Positions 25,124-37,092 of a stretch of 64,000 nucleotides of DNA are shown piece by piece (positions within the stretch are counted from its first letter, which is position 1; each line of letters opens with the position of its first letter). The position numbers were made by a program, and so were the translations under genes. The stretch comes from Psilocybe cubensis (taxonomy: Eukaryota). The notes beneath the pieces were generated by a model. It worked only from the letters and a program-made list of their open reading frames with translations, made no database searches and was not told the DNA's origin. Location: NCBI GenBank assembly GCA_017499595.2, contig CM039006.1:2728001-2792000 (forward strand). The letters run 5' to 3'.

Positions 25124-25891
25124 TTGCCAGCTATTTCAAGACTAGCAGACCTGCTTAGTCCATACGACGTCGGCACCGTACCTGGTTTCTTGCGCTTTTT
25201 AAAGTGGTCTAACAGTGTTTTGATTGATAATGGGGCTCTAATGTTTTTCACGCATCTGGACCTGCCAAACAACGACATCAATATTAGCGTTTCTGAGGCT
25301 AACGAGTACCGAGTCGATGCGTTCTGCTACAACCACGGTTATGTTTTGGTGGATAGAACGGATGACAATAGACCAAGTTCTTACATCCAGCGCGTCTCTG
25401 TGTTCCGCCATCCAACGTCAACGGTGTCTATAATCATCACAGTCTCGGCATCATCATTAAATTTCCTTCCAATCTTCTCAGCAGCATCAACTCTCCACAT
25501 GAACTTCATTAGCCATGAGGGAGCTGTCTGCCTGTATCCAGACCTACTCAACAACAAATCGGCAGTTATTCAATTTGCGCAACGTGATGATGAGCCTCTC
25601 ATCTCGTCGTACCGATCTTACGGATTCAACTTGCGCCATCAGGGCTCTTCACGGGATCACTATTGCATGAAGTCACCAAAATCGCTGACTGGTAACAACG
25701 TACTCTTTATCCCTTTCTCAGCGGACGGCGAGTCGGCCGCGCCATGCCACAACGCTTTCGGAGTGACCGACGTGATTTGGAGGCTTGGTGGACAATGTTG
25801 TGATGACCATGCACGGATTGCCACAGTAATTGATGTGCCATCGAAGAACATATGTAAGTTTTCTATTGTCACTATAAGGTCCATCTCCTAA
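25124..25891 (+). CDS. Helitron cargo paralogue 6 (degenerate nucleotidyltransferase-fold-like)
   Basis: FLKWSNSVLIDNGALMFF...NNDINISV; ASTLHMNFISHEGAVCLYP; DVIWRLGGQCC. Confidence 0.65.
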   Translation: MPAISRLADLLSPYDVGTVPGFLRFLKWSNSVLIDNGALMFFTHLDLPNNDINISVSEANEYRVDAFCYNHGYVLVDRTDDNRPSSYIQRVSVFRHPTSTVSIIITVSASSLNFLPIFSAASTLHMNFISHEGAVCLYPDLLNNKSAVIQFAQRDDEPLISSYRSYGFNLRHQGSSRDHYCMKSPKSLTGNNVLFIPFSADGESAAPCHNAFGVTDVIWRLGGQCCDDHARIATVIDVPSKNICKFSIVTIRSIS

Positions 25892-26824
25892 CCAGTCGAC
25901 ACAGGTACATATAATGGAAAGGGGCTTTGCATAATGTAGAGACATAATTAGTAGTAGAAATAAATTGCATATTGGCTGGGTTCCGGTGTGCGCCGGACCG
26001 TTGTTCGACGTCCCAACACCAGCAAGGCCCGAATTGGCGAAGCCAATCTTTTATGACAATTACATGACAATTAACATAGTACAATATTATGGCAACAACC
26101 TAGCTAACATGTTAGATAGCCACATGACAGTTAGGTGCCCATCGTGTTATTAGTAGGCTGCGTGTGGGCGGGAACAACACGTTCCCAAGTTTCGCGGGCA
26201 ATACAGAGTCGACGGTAGACCGTACAACAAACGTACATCACGCAACACAGCCTCGTCTGGACGATCTCCCCTGTTTACATCTATTTCCCACAAGCTCTCC
26301 CACGACGATCGAAGTTGTTCATGGCGCATAAAAAGTATATGGATTTTGTGCTTCAAGAAAGGTCAGTTCTACATGAGTAAAAAGTTGTATGTATATATGT
26401 ATATATAGGGGTTACGCCTATGATAGGAAGATGATGTTACATCGCATTTCCTCGCGTCCTATCTTGTATTCCCTCGTGTCACATCAAACACATCAACAAA
26501 AATGGATCGAAGGATCGATGGTAACATAGACTGAGAGGAGAACACGGTGGAACTTGTACGAGAAAGCCCCCGGGCGAAGAGGCGAGGTACAAAACAATGA
26601 GTGGGAGAGGATAGTGTGTGTGAGAGCTGCCGGGGGCGGACAGCAGGAAACATGAATCAAGAGGTGTCGCACAAATCAAATAACAAAAAGATGAGAGTGA
26701 TCGCAAGAAAGGAATGGAGGGGAGGGTACAAAGCTAGATCGATTATGACAACAAGACGGAGAGTTGTGATGTAAGGTTGCAAGGAGCGTGGTGTGGTTTC
26801 GGTGTGGTCCAGTGAAATGTTGAA

Positions 26825-27946
26825 TCATGTCGACAGAGGCTCGCCAGCGGACTTAAGCTCCTGATCCAACGTCTGCACTTTGGCCTTTGGTGGTCCAAAA
26901 TTCAATAGCTTCGGCCGAATGGCTGCCGTCAAATCGTGTTCCTCGTCCTCCCCTTCGTCGCCGCTGATGGATGGCGAGCGTTTACGGTTCCTGGTAGCTC
27001 GTACTGGCTTCTTGCCCTTTCCACGACGAGCTTCGGGGAAGAGAAGCTTTGGAGGACAGTTGAGAGCGGGGGAGTAGTCCGGGTGGTCAATAGGGAGCTT
27101 GGATTCAGGAGGAGGCGAATAAGCCCGGCCTTCTTGGTGATTGAAAAGCGGGTTATTGAAGACGCGCCTAACACCCCGGCTACAGGTCATTTAGTACGAA
27201 TCCAAAAGTAAGCATGAGATCACGTACAAAACATAGGTCAAATTGGGACGTTCCAAAGGAGTCGGTGTTTTGGGGCTGGTCGTGGCACTCCTGGAATTGA
27301 GTTGCTTCTGAGGGGTTACTAGGAATGGGTTGTCAGGCGAGTCGCGCAGCGTTAACGCGGCCTTCTTGGTTTGTGACCGCGTCCTAGGAGTGAAGGGGGG
27401 AGAAGGGGACTCTGTAAGTTCTGGGTCCGAGACAGGCGACACCGCGACGGCTGTTTTGCGATTTGACGGCGGTGGCGAAACAGGGGCCACGTCCACTTCT
27501 GTCTCCGTCTGTGCCAGCAGACGTCGATATAATAAAGGCACTCCATGATTCTTGGACGAGCTGCCGCTCTTCGACGAACCTCCGGTCAACGTCGCGTTCA
27601 GACCCGCTGAACCTGTACCACTACCAAGCCAGAAAGCCTCTTCGTTGTCCTCTACAGCATCTCCTGTCCTCCTCTTCTTGTTCTTGTGCTTCTGATGGAT
27701 GCCAGCCTCGATCGCATCGTTATCGTCATCACTGGACAAGACCGCATGTTCGTGTGCGTCACTGTCGCTGTCGCTATCGCACGAGCCCCTGGATCTTCCT
27801 CGAGTGTGTCTTCGATGTGTTCGAGGTGGTGTAGGCAGCGACGCTGTCGATGCTGATCGTTTCAGAGGTCGGCGAGGCACAACAGGTATCGGGATCGCCT
27901 GTGCTGGGACTGGAACTGGAAGTGGCATTTCTTCCTGGTCCAGCAT
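26825..27946 (-). CDS. Hypothetical disordered Ser/Pro-rich fungal protein (2 exons)
   Basis: 251-aa and 121-aa ORFs joined by a plausible intron (TYV(F)|RGVRRVF); LKRSASTASLPTPP, DSPDNPF. Confidence 0.7.
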
Positions 27947-28531
27947 ACAAAATTTGGGTTTTTTTCGCGTAATGTGTGGTTATATATCGTCTTTAGATTT
28001 TAAAGGGTCTTGTCGTTGATGTCAAAGAAAGATTTAGAGGTTGCGCTGGAGATGTGAGATTGTAAAGAGACCAAACCAAAACCAACCTTGCCTGGGCCAA
28101 CAACAATGGCCCTTTTCTGAAAACAACAATCAACAAAATAACACAGCCACGAGTACCTCTGACTGATCTGATCTTACTTTTTCAAAGTCCGCAAAAGCCT
28201 CTCCCCCGAACACTTTCTTTTGAGTTTGGTTCCAATATTTCCGGCAACATATCCGCCGGACAAGCTCAGTCTTGCTCACTTAGTACAAACGTCTCCATAA
28301 TCTCAACTATCATGCCTCGCCCGTCATTTCTTCTTGAAAGTGGATGTTTCAAGTACTTCCACAAGGCACTACTTTCTTTGAACACCTTCAGTGGCCAAAC
28401 AAACGTAATTGGGAGCAAGAAGCCACCGGGATCCCAATAAGCGGAAGTAATTGGGACAATGCATTATCTTCCAACAATGCGGGTGTCAATTGTGATAAAA
28501 AATAAATCGTCGAGCATGTCTGTCCCTTCAA

Positions 28532-30527
28532 GTGTGCTATCCCTCCTCGATGACATCGACTCTTCTTCCACGCGATATTCTGCTGTCCATCATCGACATT
28601 TACAATAACAATGGGGACATAGAGATGCTCAAGACGTGGTCCCTTGTTAATTTTGACTTTTTTTCCATCTGTCGCCCCCACATATACCGGACATTTGACA
28701 TGCGAAGCTATCTGAGCCACGAAATAAACAAATCAGACCGTCAATTAGTCGCCGCGTCCCAAAAAATCTTTACAAATTTCCACCGGTTCATCGTCTCCAA
28801 CCAGCACCTCGCGCCTTTCATACGCGTCGTCCATGTCACTCAACCTGGATCCTCAGACTACATGCGTTATCTCTTGCACAGTCTTATCTGCGAACAACCA
28901 GCTTTTTCTGAGGTTGTTCCACTGCTGCCCAACCTCCAATGCTTCGGATTGCATTTCCCCGAACAAATTTCATGGCCGAGCTTTTCACGCCGGGTAGAAC
29001 AAACGCTTTCCGAATTGTGCGGCAGAGACAACTTGAAGGTGCTACATCTTTCTGGAATCAGACGGTTTCCTGTTGGACTGCTCAATCGATGTACAGACTC
29101 GCTTGAGGAGTTACACCTCAACAAAGTGATGATAGCTGAATCCAGCCCAGCGCCCTCGCTTGTCGGCAGGGCTCACGCCTCAATGCACAATTCCGAAGTT
29201 GACGATGAAGAAGGCTTACACTCTTCATCTGATTTCAAGCCCTTATATCTTGTCAAAGCTTCGTTGATATCAACTCAATTGTCAATGTTCACCTCTAGCC
29301 ACCCCGTGCTCAGGATCAACCTTTCTCGTCTAACAGATCTGACTATCAGTTTCGCCTACAACACCTTGAATGAAGCATGGCGAATTATATCACTTTGCAA
29401 AGAGACTCTGCAGCGACTCAGCATCAGCCAGTCGGACCATGCCGAAGGAGAAAGGTTATTCTCACCAACTACGTTTTTTGACACCAGTGCGTTGCAAAAC
29501 TTTTTTCTTACATAGCAAATCCACTGACATGGTAGCAGGACTCGTTGAACCCCAGCAAAAGTCCATAACGATCTCTTCCACTTGCGCGACGCTTGGACAT
29601 CTTACATCCCTCGAGCACCTCACGCTCCATATTGTTATTCCAATGGTCAAGACACGCGACGCAATGGCAATCATGGTGGAAGAGTGGTGTGCGCTTCTTG
29701 AAACCGTCCAGCCGGATTCAGCTATCAGGACTGTAACGATTAACCTCGACATCCAGTGGATGCGCCCATCCAAGCTATCGATATTCTGCTCACCATTCCC
29801 AATTAACTCTGACTTAGACACCACGGAAGGATTTGATTCAGAAGGGAAGGGAAAAGAAAAGGAGCTAGCTCAGCGAAATGTGCTAGCTTGCCTTGACGAT
29901 ATTCTGGCTGGACGAGGGACTTTCCCGAGGCTTTCTGCAGTGAGAATGTTTATCCTAGTTGCAAGGGAGCATACAGTTCCTCGGGGTGTACGAACTCCAA
30001 CGGCTGAGCTAGAGCATGGACACAACTCGTCAGAGGTATCGGAAGCCAATGCAGGCATAGACAACTTGGACCAAAACTCTTCTGGGTCCGTATTACGGGA
30101 CATCTTGATGGACGGTCACAGCATGGAACAAAACTCTTCTGGGTCCGTATTGCGGGACATCTTGATGGACAGTCACAACATGGACCAAAACTCTTCTGGG
30201 TCCTTATTACGGGACATCTTGATGGACAGTCACAACATGGACCAAAACTCTTCTGGGTCCTTATTGCGGGACATCTTGATGGACAGTCACAACATGGACC
30301 AAAACTCTTCTGGGTCCTTATTGCGGGACATCTTGATGGACAGTCACAACATTGCACGTCCGAATTTGCACTGGTATAAACAACGGAAAAGGGCACGGGC
30401 ACGGGCAAGGCCGTTTACGTTCGAGGAAATCGAGGCTTCCGTGAAGGGGATGATGGGCCAGACGAAGACGCGTCTTGAAGAGGGAAATGCTGGTGTGTTT
30501 GAAGTAGTAGTTCGCGTAGATAATTGA
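28532..30527 (+). CDS. F-box-like / RNI-type LRR protein with 19-aa tandem repeat
   Basis: LLPRDILLSIID F-box-like start; LxxLxL repeats (LKVLHL, LEELHL, LTDLTI, LEHLTL); probable intron ~29455-29515. Confidence 0.7.
30062..30351 (+). repeat. 57-bp coding tandem repeat x5 (MDQNSSGSLLRDILMDSHN)
   Basis: CAAAACTCTTCTGGGTCC at 30072, 30129, 30186, 30243 and 30300 (exact 57-bp period). Confidence 0.95.
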
Positions 30528-31092
30528 AGCCGTAGTAGAGATTCTAGATGAGATTCTGGTCGATTCCAATTATGTTGTCTCGAATTTTTTCTACGACGAG
30601 TAACTTCCGTTAGGTTTGCTTCCGCCACAGAAAAATGGGAAGCTCACAGAAGTATTTGTTGCGCAGGCATTATAATTGACAGCAATCTTAGCGCCGACCA
30701 TTTTAGTATGATAGTAGTCTTATCATTTTTCAGGGTTGAAACCATCAAACCTATGTTTTCTTGTAAAAAAACGGCTTACAATGCTAGTTCTGAATGTATT
30801 GCTAAGAATAAGAATGCTGCGGTGAACAGATCAGATCACTTCCCATTGGTTGCGCAATGAAATTTTTTCAGACGAGTACCTGCGCAAGTACGCTGGTAGA
30901 GACTGAAATAGAAATAATGGAAGCATAGCAAGCGCCCGTTCTCGGAGATCTTCATTTGCCGGTTCTATTATGGGCACCAAATGTAAGAAGTGCAGAAATT
31001 ATGAGGCACATAAATGCACGAAAGGAATGCTACCTTGTCTTCAGGCAGCTTGCTCAATCAACCTTAGCAGTCGCTAACTATCCGGCACTATC

Positions 31093-31760
31093 ATGAAAGT
31101 AACAGGCAACGTGCTGCTCTTTCTTTCATTCTTTACACCATTGATTGTCGCTGGCCCAGTCGTAAGTACAACCGAAATGATCGTCAATGAGAACACAGAC
31201 TTACATCAAACGATATTCCAGCGGCGCACGACGGATACCTGCGGAGATCCCTCTCTCGCAGTGACCTTCATCCAAGGGTTCAGCCGGAGCCTGACAGCGC
31301 ACAACGTCAACTTCCGCGCCGACTTCGTCAACGCAAACACACAGAACACCGGCGATGTCGAGTACGAATTTCAAGGCGAGATGTTCCGCGCGTGGAAGAC
31401 GCCGCAGGTGAACACCGTCCCCCTCTTCCGCATGGGCAGCGACACGCTCGCTTCGGATATCATCCTGGCCACCTCCACCACCACTGATCCGCCAACCGTC
31501 CCAGGGTTCCCGGTAAACTTCGGGCTCATTGGGTATGTTTATGCAACGCAGATCTGTGATAGCGTCCCGCTCTTCCAGGTCAGCTTGGCTTCGAGGACTG
31601 ATCATTGGGTCACGACGGATGCCAGCGAAAGGGACGCCCTGGTGAGTTTTGGTTGGGCTGATGAAGGGACGGTTGCATTCGTATTGCCGCCCTATTCCAG
31701 TGAGTCGTTCTTGAGAACCAGCATGTTTGTAATTTGACTGAGTGCATATGGAATAGCCTA
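31093..31760 (+). CDS. Secreted protein, DUF5648-like domain
   Basis: Signal peptide MKVTGNVLLFLSFFTPLIVA; TCGDP, TVPLFR, GYVY...CDSVPLF, DHWVTTDASERD...GW..EG.AFV. Confidence 0.7.
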
Positions 31761-33198
31761 AGTTAAGCGCAATGTGTGAAGGAAGATCAGGGGACTGGTG
31801 GTGAGGCAATTGAGTGTAGTAAACGTACAAGTCCGGGGTATGACGTCGGATTAAGGAGTAACAGGCGTTTTTCTTTCACCTTTCACGTTCAAGCCTATCA
31901 AGCAGTCGATTGACGGGCACCTCGATACTTCAAACAAAAGACAATGTTGCGGTCCATGCATGAAGCCTCGAAGAACATATGTCCATAAGTTTTGTCAACA
32001 CTTCGTAGAACAACCAGAGGTGTACAAGGGCTCGAATGAATGTCGCTCCTGTCGGGAAAGTGACAAATTGAGGCAGCTTTCAGACGGACTACCTGCGAAG
32101 TGCCGCCTAGAAGACTTCAAAACCAATCCCGACATCAATACTTTGCGGCCTTAACTTTGACAAATGTCGCTGGAAAAACAAAACATCCAAAGCCTGGCCC
32201 AACATAGTGGGTCCGCCACCCCCACTTATAATATTGTGGGGAGATAGAATATCACACTGCGCCTCCGGTCTTGACATGTCCAGGGCAGAGCAGATAGGAA
32301 CAGGACTCAGGAGTTAGCACTGTGAGAGTTGAACGGCAAGGCACAGGTTCACGCTCGTCCAAACGCACATGGGCCCGTGTCCTTCGAAAGGAAAAAAAAA
32401 CAAAGAGTACGCATGTGACGAACCCAATGACATTCAATTTTAAGTTACTTGGTTTCTAGGCCTGCGACAGCGTAATTAGCAGGAATGAAGACAAACATGG
32501 CATTTTGGAAGCACCGATTAAAACGTAGGATATCTGTCCTGAGAAACTGCGATTGATTGCACCGGATTGCACCATTGATTGAAGTTCATGGGAAGCTCGA
32601 AAGCGATAGCGGGGAAGAGAGGCTGTAATCCCATAAGGTCTTGCATAGAAAGTCTACTCGAGGCCGAGGGAGGAGCCATGTCCGTCGAACAGCAAAAAAT
32701 TATGCAAGTCAGGACCAAGTAAGGACAAGAAAAGCGATCGTCGCTTGGGGTTATGTATTAATTTTTGAAATTGCTCCTGATCTCCGGGGCCGATGTTAGG
32801 AAAGTTGAAACACGTGTCGCGACGCGAAAAACTGAAAATGACCACCTGAAACGGCATATTAGGGATTGAAATTTGCACGGAGCAGGAATTGAAATTGAGG
32901 GTGCACCCATGGGGAGCCATACTATATACATGATCAGAAGTGGAATGAAGAGAGAAACATATTTTTGTTATTGTAGAATGAGGGGGAAATTGCATGCAAA
33001 TGTCAGAGCGAAAGGACAACGACGACGATAAGATGAGGAATAACAGAGAAAGAAAAAGAGGCCTCGGCGAAGAGGGTGGAACCTGGCAGTGAACAGTGAA
33101 CCCCGAAAAAGAAAAAAAATAGAAACGATCCTAAAATAGTACACAAATGGGGAACAAGAAGAAATAGCATAGGAGTAAAAAAAGTTATGATCCAGGGT

Positions 33199-34164
33199 TC
33201 ACGATTCGACGTGTTGGACAGGGATCGAAGGTCTATTTTTCCGGGAGAATCTAAGGGTAAAGTTCTTGGCCTTGGACAGCCAGCCCGTGCTGCTGCCACC
33301 GGCACCGTTGACAACTTTGGGAGGAGGTATTGTCAACCTCGACGATTGGTGACGCAGAGAGCCAGCAGCCTGAATGCTCGTACGGCGCGAGCGCGTCACT
33401 ACGGCACCATCTTCCTCGCGCTCGGATTCGACCGTCGCTTCTTGGACAGAGACGTCGATTATGACAGTGGATTCCATATTTTGCACACCCCTGGGCGGGG
33501 GGATCACGCCCGTGGACTGAGACCGGCTGAGCCGCCGTGGAATCATTTTGGACGAGATACTTGGACGGCCTGCGATATGGTGCATCTGGGTGACGTGGTT
33601 GTCGTCTTCCGTATGAGCGTGGTCGTTCGAGTATGCAGACGCGCCTGAGGCTATGGAATCCGTGCTACCGTTCTACACCATATGTAAGGGACTTGAAGAA
33701 GAACAATTCGCGACGAAGGGAATTTACATACTGCTATTTGTGCCTGGTAAAAGGGAGAGTTGGAGGTGATTTTCATCAGCGTAGGCGTTGTCGGTCCTTT
33801 CGTCTCCGCCGTTGACATCTCCTCCGGGAGCTGCGGGGGTTGTTTAAGCGGTGTACCGACTAGGGGGGTGAGCGTACGCACCTGCCCAATCCGAGAAATT
33901 GAAATACTACCCCGCCGTCTTTCTCTAATCCTTTTGATGGCAAGTGAACTGGTAGGGCGTTCCGGCGAGTCGTCAGAATTAGGGGCCATGAGTTGCTCCT
34001 GGGCCTTGCGCTCGCTCTCTTCCTCCAGTTGCTGGAATATCTGTTCGAGGGGACAAACACTGTTAATACTTGCACAACCACAGACCGACGAGCAACCGCA
34101 CCTTTTCCAGCGGTTCGAGTTTTCCGTCCATCACAGTGATACGCTCGAATCCAGAATCAACCAT
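33199..34164 (-). CDS. Hypothetical low-complexity fungal protein, multi-exon
   Basis: Consecutive minus-strand ORFs (33199-33585, 33651-33989) with intron-like gaps; RRRGSISISRIGQ. Confidence 0.55.
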
Positions 34165-35186
34165 GTAGCAAGAAATACGCGTCAAGTGGGGGGGATATGG
34201 TTTGCTGTGGTATGTTGGATGTTATTGTTCAGAAGAGACCACAAACATTAGTTTGGGCACATGTCCTGTCTGAATCCTGGGATGAACAAGAGCGCACTTT
34301 GCAAGGATTCTAGACACCCACGTTGCCATTTCTGTCGCCGGTTCGGACTCCGCCGCGTATCTTATTGGACTTCTGATGAACTCGTCCACGGTTCATATTC
34401 CGTGATGCATCATCCAAATGAGCAGTCACCGCAGTCCAAACTGGTATAAGAGCTTTGCCTTGTACTTTGGGACATGTCCCCTTTCATTTTGAGACGGTTG
34501 GTATAGTATCTCTTAATAGCACCAGTAACTGGTCGGACAACAATCGTCCTGCAGCTCAAATTTACTACTAAAAACCCGGAGAGTAGCGTCGAAGGAGTTA
34601 GTGATGGAATCCTGGATATCTCATCATGAGGCCTGTCTGCCCGAGTTCTTCACACATTGGACCTTCCATTTTCGATGAGAACCTTTAAGGCAGCCAGTAG
34701 GGTTTTGTGCATACCTAACTGGTTGAATTGTTTGAACGGGGTCAATACAACGAACTCGGCGTCGAAATAGTGTATTGAAATTTAAAACTTGGAACTTTGG
34801 CGAAGCGATTATTGATTTAGTTGCATTTTCATGAATTTATACAGAAAAACGCACCCTGAAAGTCTGCGATGTAGGATAAGAGGGTAACGAACAACTATTT
34901 GACTATCAATGGCGTCAATGTACCTGCCGTAGACTAAGAAGAACGTGGATTGTGGCGTTACTGTACCAACAAACTACAGTACTTGAGCACAAAGGGAAAG
35001 ATCTCATGCAAGGCTGCTTCTAGCTATCATTGAAAATGAACATCCACCTCTTTGGTTAGATTGCTGAGAGATGGACCAAGTAGTTCGCCACCAGAGGACA
35101 AATAACGAAGGTATGAACGTACACGCTAGTATATTAATTAGCGACGCCTTGTGCCTTGGATTGCTGTCATTAAATGGTATCAGGGT

Positions 35187-36882
35187 CTATTTGCCTGGAG
35201 AATCAGGTCTTGGTATCCGTATCCTGGCGATGAGTGCCTCATCGCGTCCCTCGTTCATTGCCCTGACCTCTTGCAATAATCGTGTCAACTCCATCGTGCG
35301 CCCGTTTCCTTCTGGAAGGGGTGGAACATTATACACCGCATCATCTTCCTCCTCTTCTTCCTCTGATTCAGACCCCCACCCATCGCTGTCCCCATCCTCT
35401 TCATCGCTTTCTTCCTGCTCGTCCTGCGGCAGCGTACCAAGCGTCTGCCCTGTACAATCTTCCAACCTAATCCCATTCCCCACACATGCGTTCCACCACT
35501 TATTCCACCGCTCATACCCACCATTCTCCATGGACGGGCCGTCCGAATGGTTCAAATCATTGAGCATCGTCCGGCTAAGCGCCCTTACCCTCGTCAACTT
35601 GGGGAAATTGCGTCTAGTGAGCGCCGCGACATTCCGGTCATTCGATCTCTGCGTGACCCGCGTCATGATCGGGTCGGCGGAGGGTGCGGCTGTATAGCCC
35701 ACCCCGAACGCAGAGCAGAGGCCGTGGAGCCCTATTGTCGTGATATTGGAATGGGGGTGCTTCACGAGGTCCGTCGCCGTGTTAGTGTGCGGTGGCGCCG
35801 GCCAGTCGGCGTTGAATGTGAATGTTGTGAGGTTGGGGCACAGGTCCAGGACGGCTGGCACGTCAACGGGGCTACAGTTGAGGTCGAGGAGGGCCAAAGA
35901 CAGACCGTGCGCTTTGACAAACTCGAGAACGTCCGGTACGTCGTGCACGCTCTTGCCTGAGTCGACAGAGAATACGCGCAACGAGGGCAGCTCCCACCCT
36001 GCCGCGTGTTCGATGAGTTCCTCAACGTAGCCGCGCAGCGAGAGCTGCTGCAAGAAGGGCAGCTTTAGCGGCAGATTAGATGCCGCACCGAGGTTCGCGC
36101 ATTCCTGCCCAACGGGTACTGCACTGTCTACATCGATATGGGTCGCGATGACGTTAGGGAGGGCCGCCAGTGCCCAGATCACCTTCGCGATCGACTCCCC
36201 TGGAACATTCCACTGGACAGTATGCAATTTCTTGGAAGAGTACATCGCCAATGCGTCGGCTACTGGACCAAATGCAGCTCCCATCGGCCTTTCGACGACG
36301 AAAATCTCGAGGTTGGGGCAGTGGCGTATGATGGATACAAGGGTATCCTCAAGGTCCTGAAGAGTGAGTCCTTTGGTGGGATGAAACTGTGAGACATGGA
36401 TCCGCCGCGTCCACCATCCAATGGAAGAAGTCACAGTTGTGGTCGTGGATGCCGATTTGTCGAGGATGGCACATAGCGGAACCAACTTTGATGGATCGCT
36501 GAAGTAGAGACAACGGAAAAGAAATTCAGATCCCACTGCCCGCCACTGACGACAGGTAGATATAATAGCCTAACATAAATTCCGGATTCAGTTCTATCAG
36601 AGGTTTTCGCTGCAAAGCAGATCTCGAATTTACCATCTTTGTAGCATAGCTCCTGCTTTGTAGTAGATTCATGGCTTGTTGCGGTGATCGCAACCTCCAA
36701 CTTGCAGATTCCAAGGACCACCTGCGACTAATTGGAAGTGTATCAAATTCACCTCCAACTTTGTCCTGGTACCAAGCAGATTCCGCCATAACCGTTGGGA
36801 ACCCTTGTTGGAAAAGTATGTCTTCATCAGCGGCGAGGTCGAATATTTGGGACCATATTTCGTCAGGAAGCGTTGAGATCAT
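35187..36882 (-). CDS. F-box-like / LRR-like protein with acidic tail
   Basis: ISTLPDEIWSQIFDLAAD F-box-like start; CPNLEIF, LPFLQQLSL, LPSLRVF, CPNLTTF repeats; 449-aa terminal exon. Confidence 0.75.
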
Positions 36883-37092
36883 GATGGTAGGAAGTAAGTC
36901 TGAGGTTTTGGATCATGGAAAAGGCAGAGTGTGCCCCACCGAAGGTTGGAATCGAACAAGAACAGAAACATGCAACCCGTCAGGAGGTTCGAATATTTCG
37001 CGCGATTTGATACTGTCACGTGGGGCTACCCGACGCGACGCGAACTTCACGCGCCTCATGGCATACCCTAAATCAAATCCAATTTGATTATA

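Larger units (their letters stand above)
7451..26053. mobile_element. Large (~18.6 kb) Helitron2/HLE2-type rolling-circle transposon with cargo genes
   Basis: Boundaries are set by the interrupted TIR (about 3 bp ambiguity, ATG at both junctions). Terminal GGCCTTGCTG (7452-7461) is inverted to subterminal CAGCAAGGCC (26020-26029), followed by hairpin ATTGGC-GAA-GCCAAT (26033-26047) and CTTTT. Encodes Rep and PIF1 domains. Confidence 0.88.
6454..26146. mobile_element. Non-autonomous TIR DNA transposon (~1.1 kb: 6454-~7450 plus ~26054-26146), interrupted in its right TIR by a Helitron-like element
   Basis: Left TIR 6454-6595 (CACGATGGGCACC...). Its reverse complement occurs in two pieces, 7402-7449 (inner part) and 26054-26146 (outer part, ...GGTGCCCATCGTG). 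TTA flanks both ends (6451-6453, 26147-26149). No transposase seen in 6596-7401. Confidence 0.9.

Noticed and set aside
6454-26146. A single 19.7 kb TIR-bounded giant transposon (Polinton-, Academ- or Starship-like)
   Set aside because: No integrase, DDE transposase, PolB or tyrosine recombinase is visible. The inner part of the right TIR lies at 7402-7449, which nesting explains better.
30062-30351. Regular repeats resembling a CRISPR array
   Set aside because: Head-to-tail units without unique spacers, in frame in a eukaryotic CDS.
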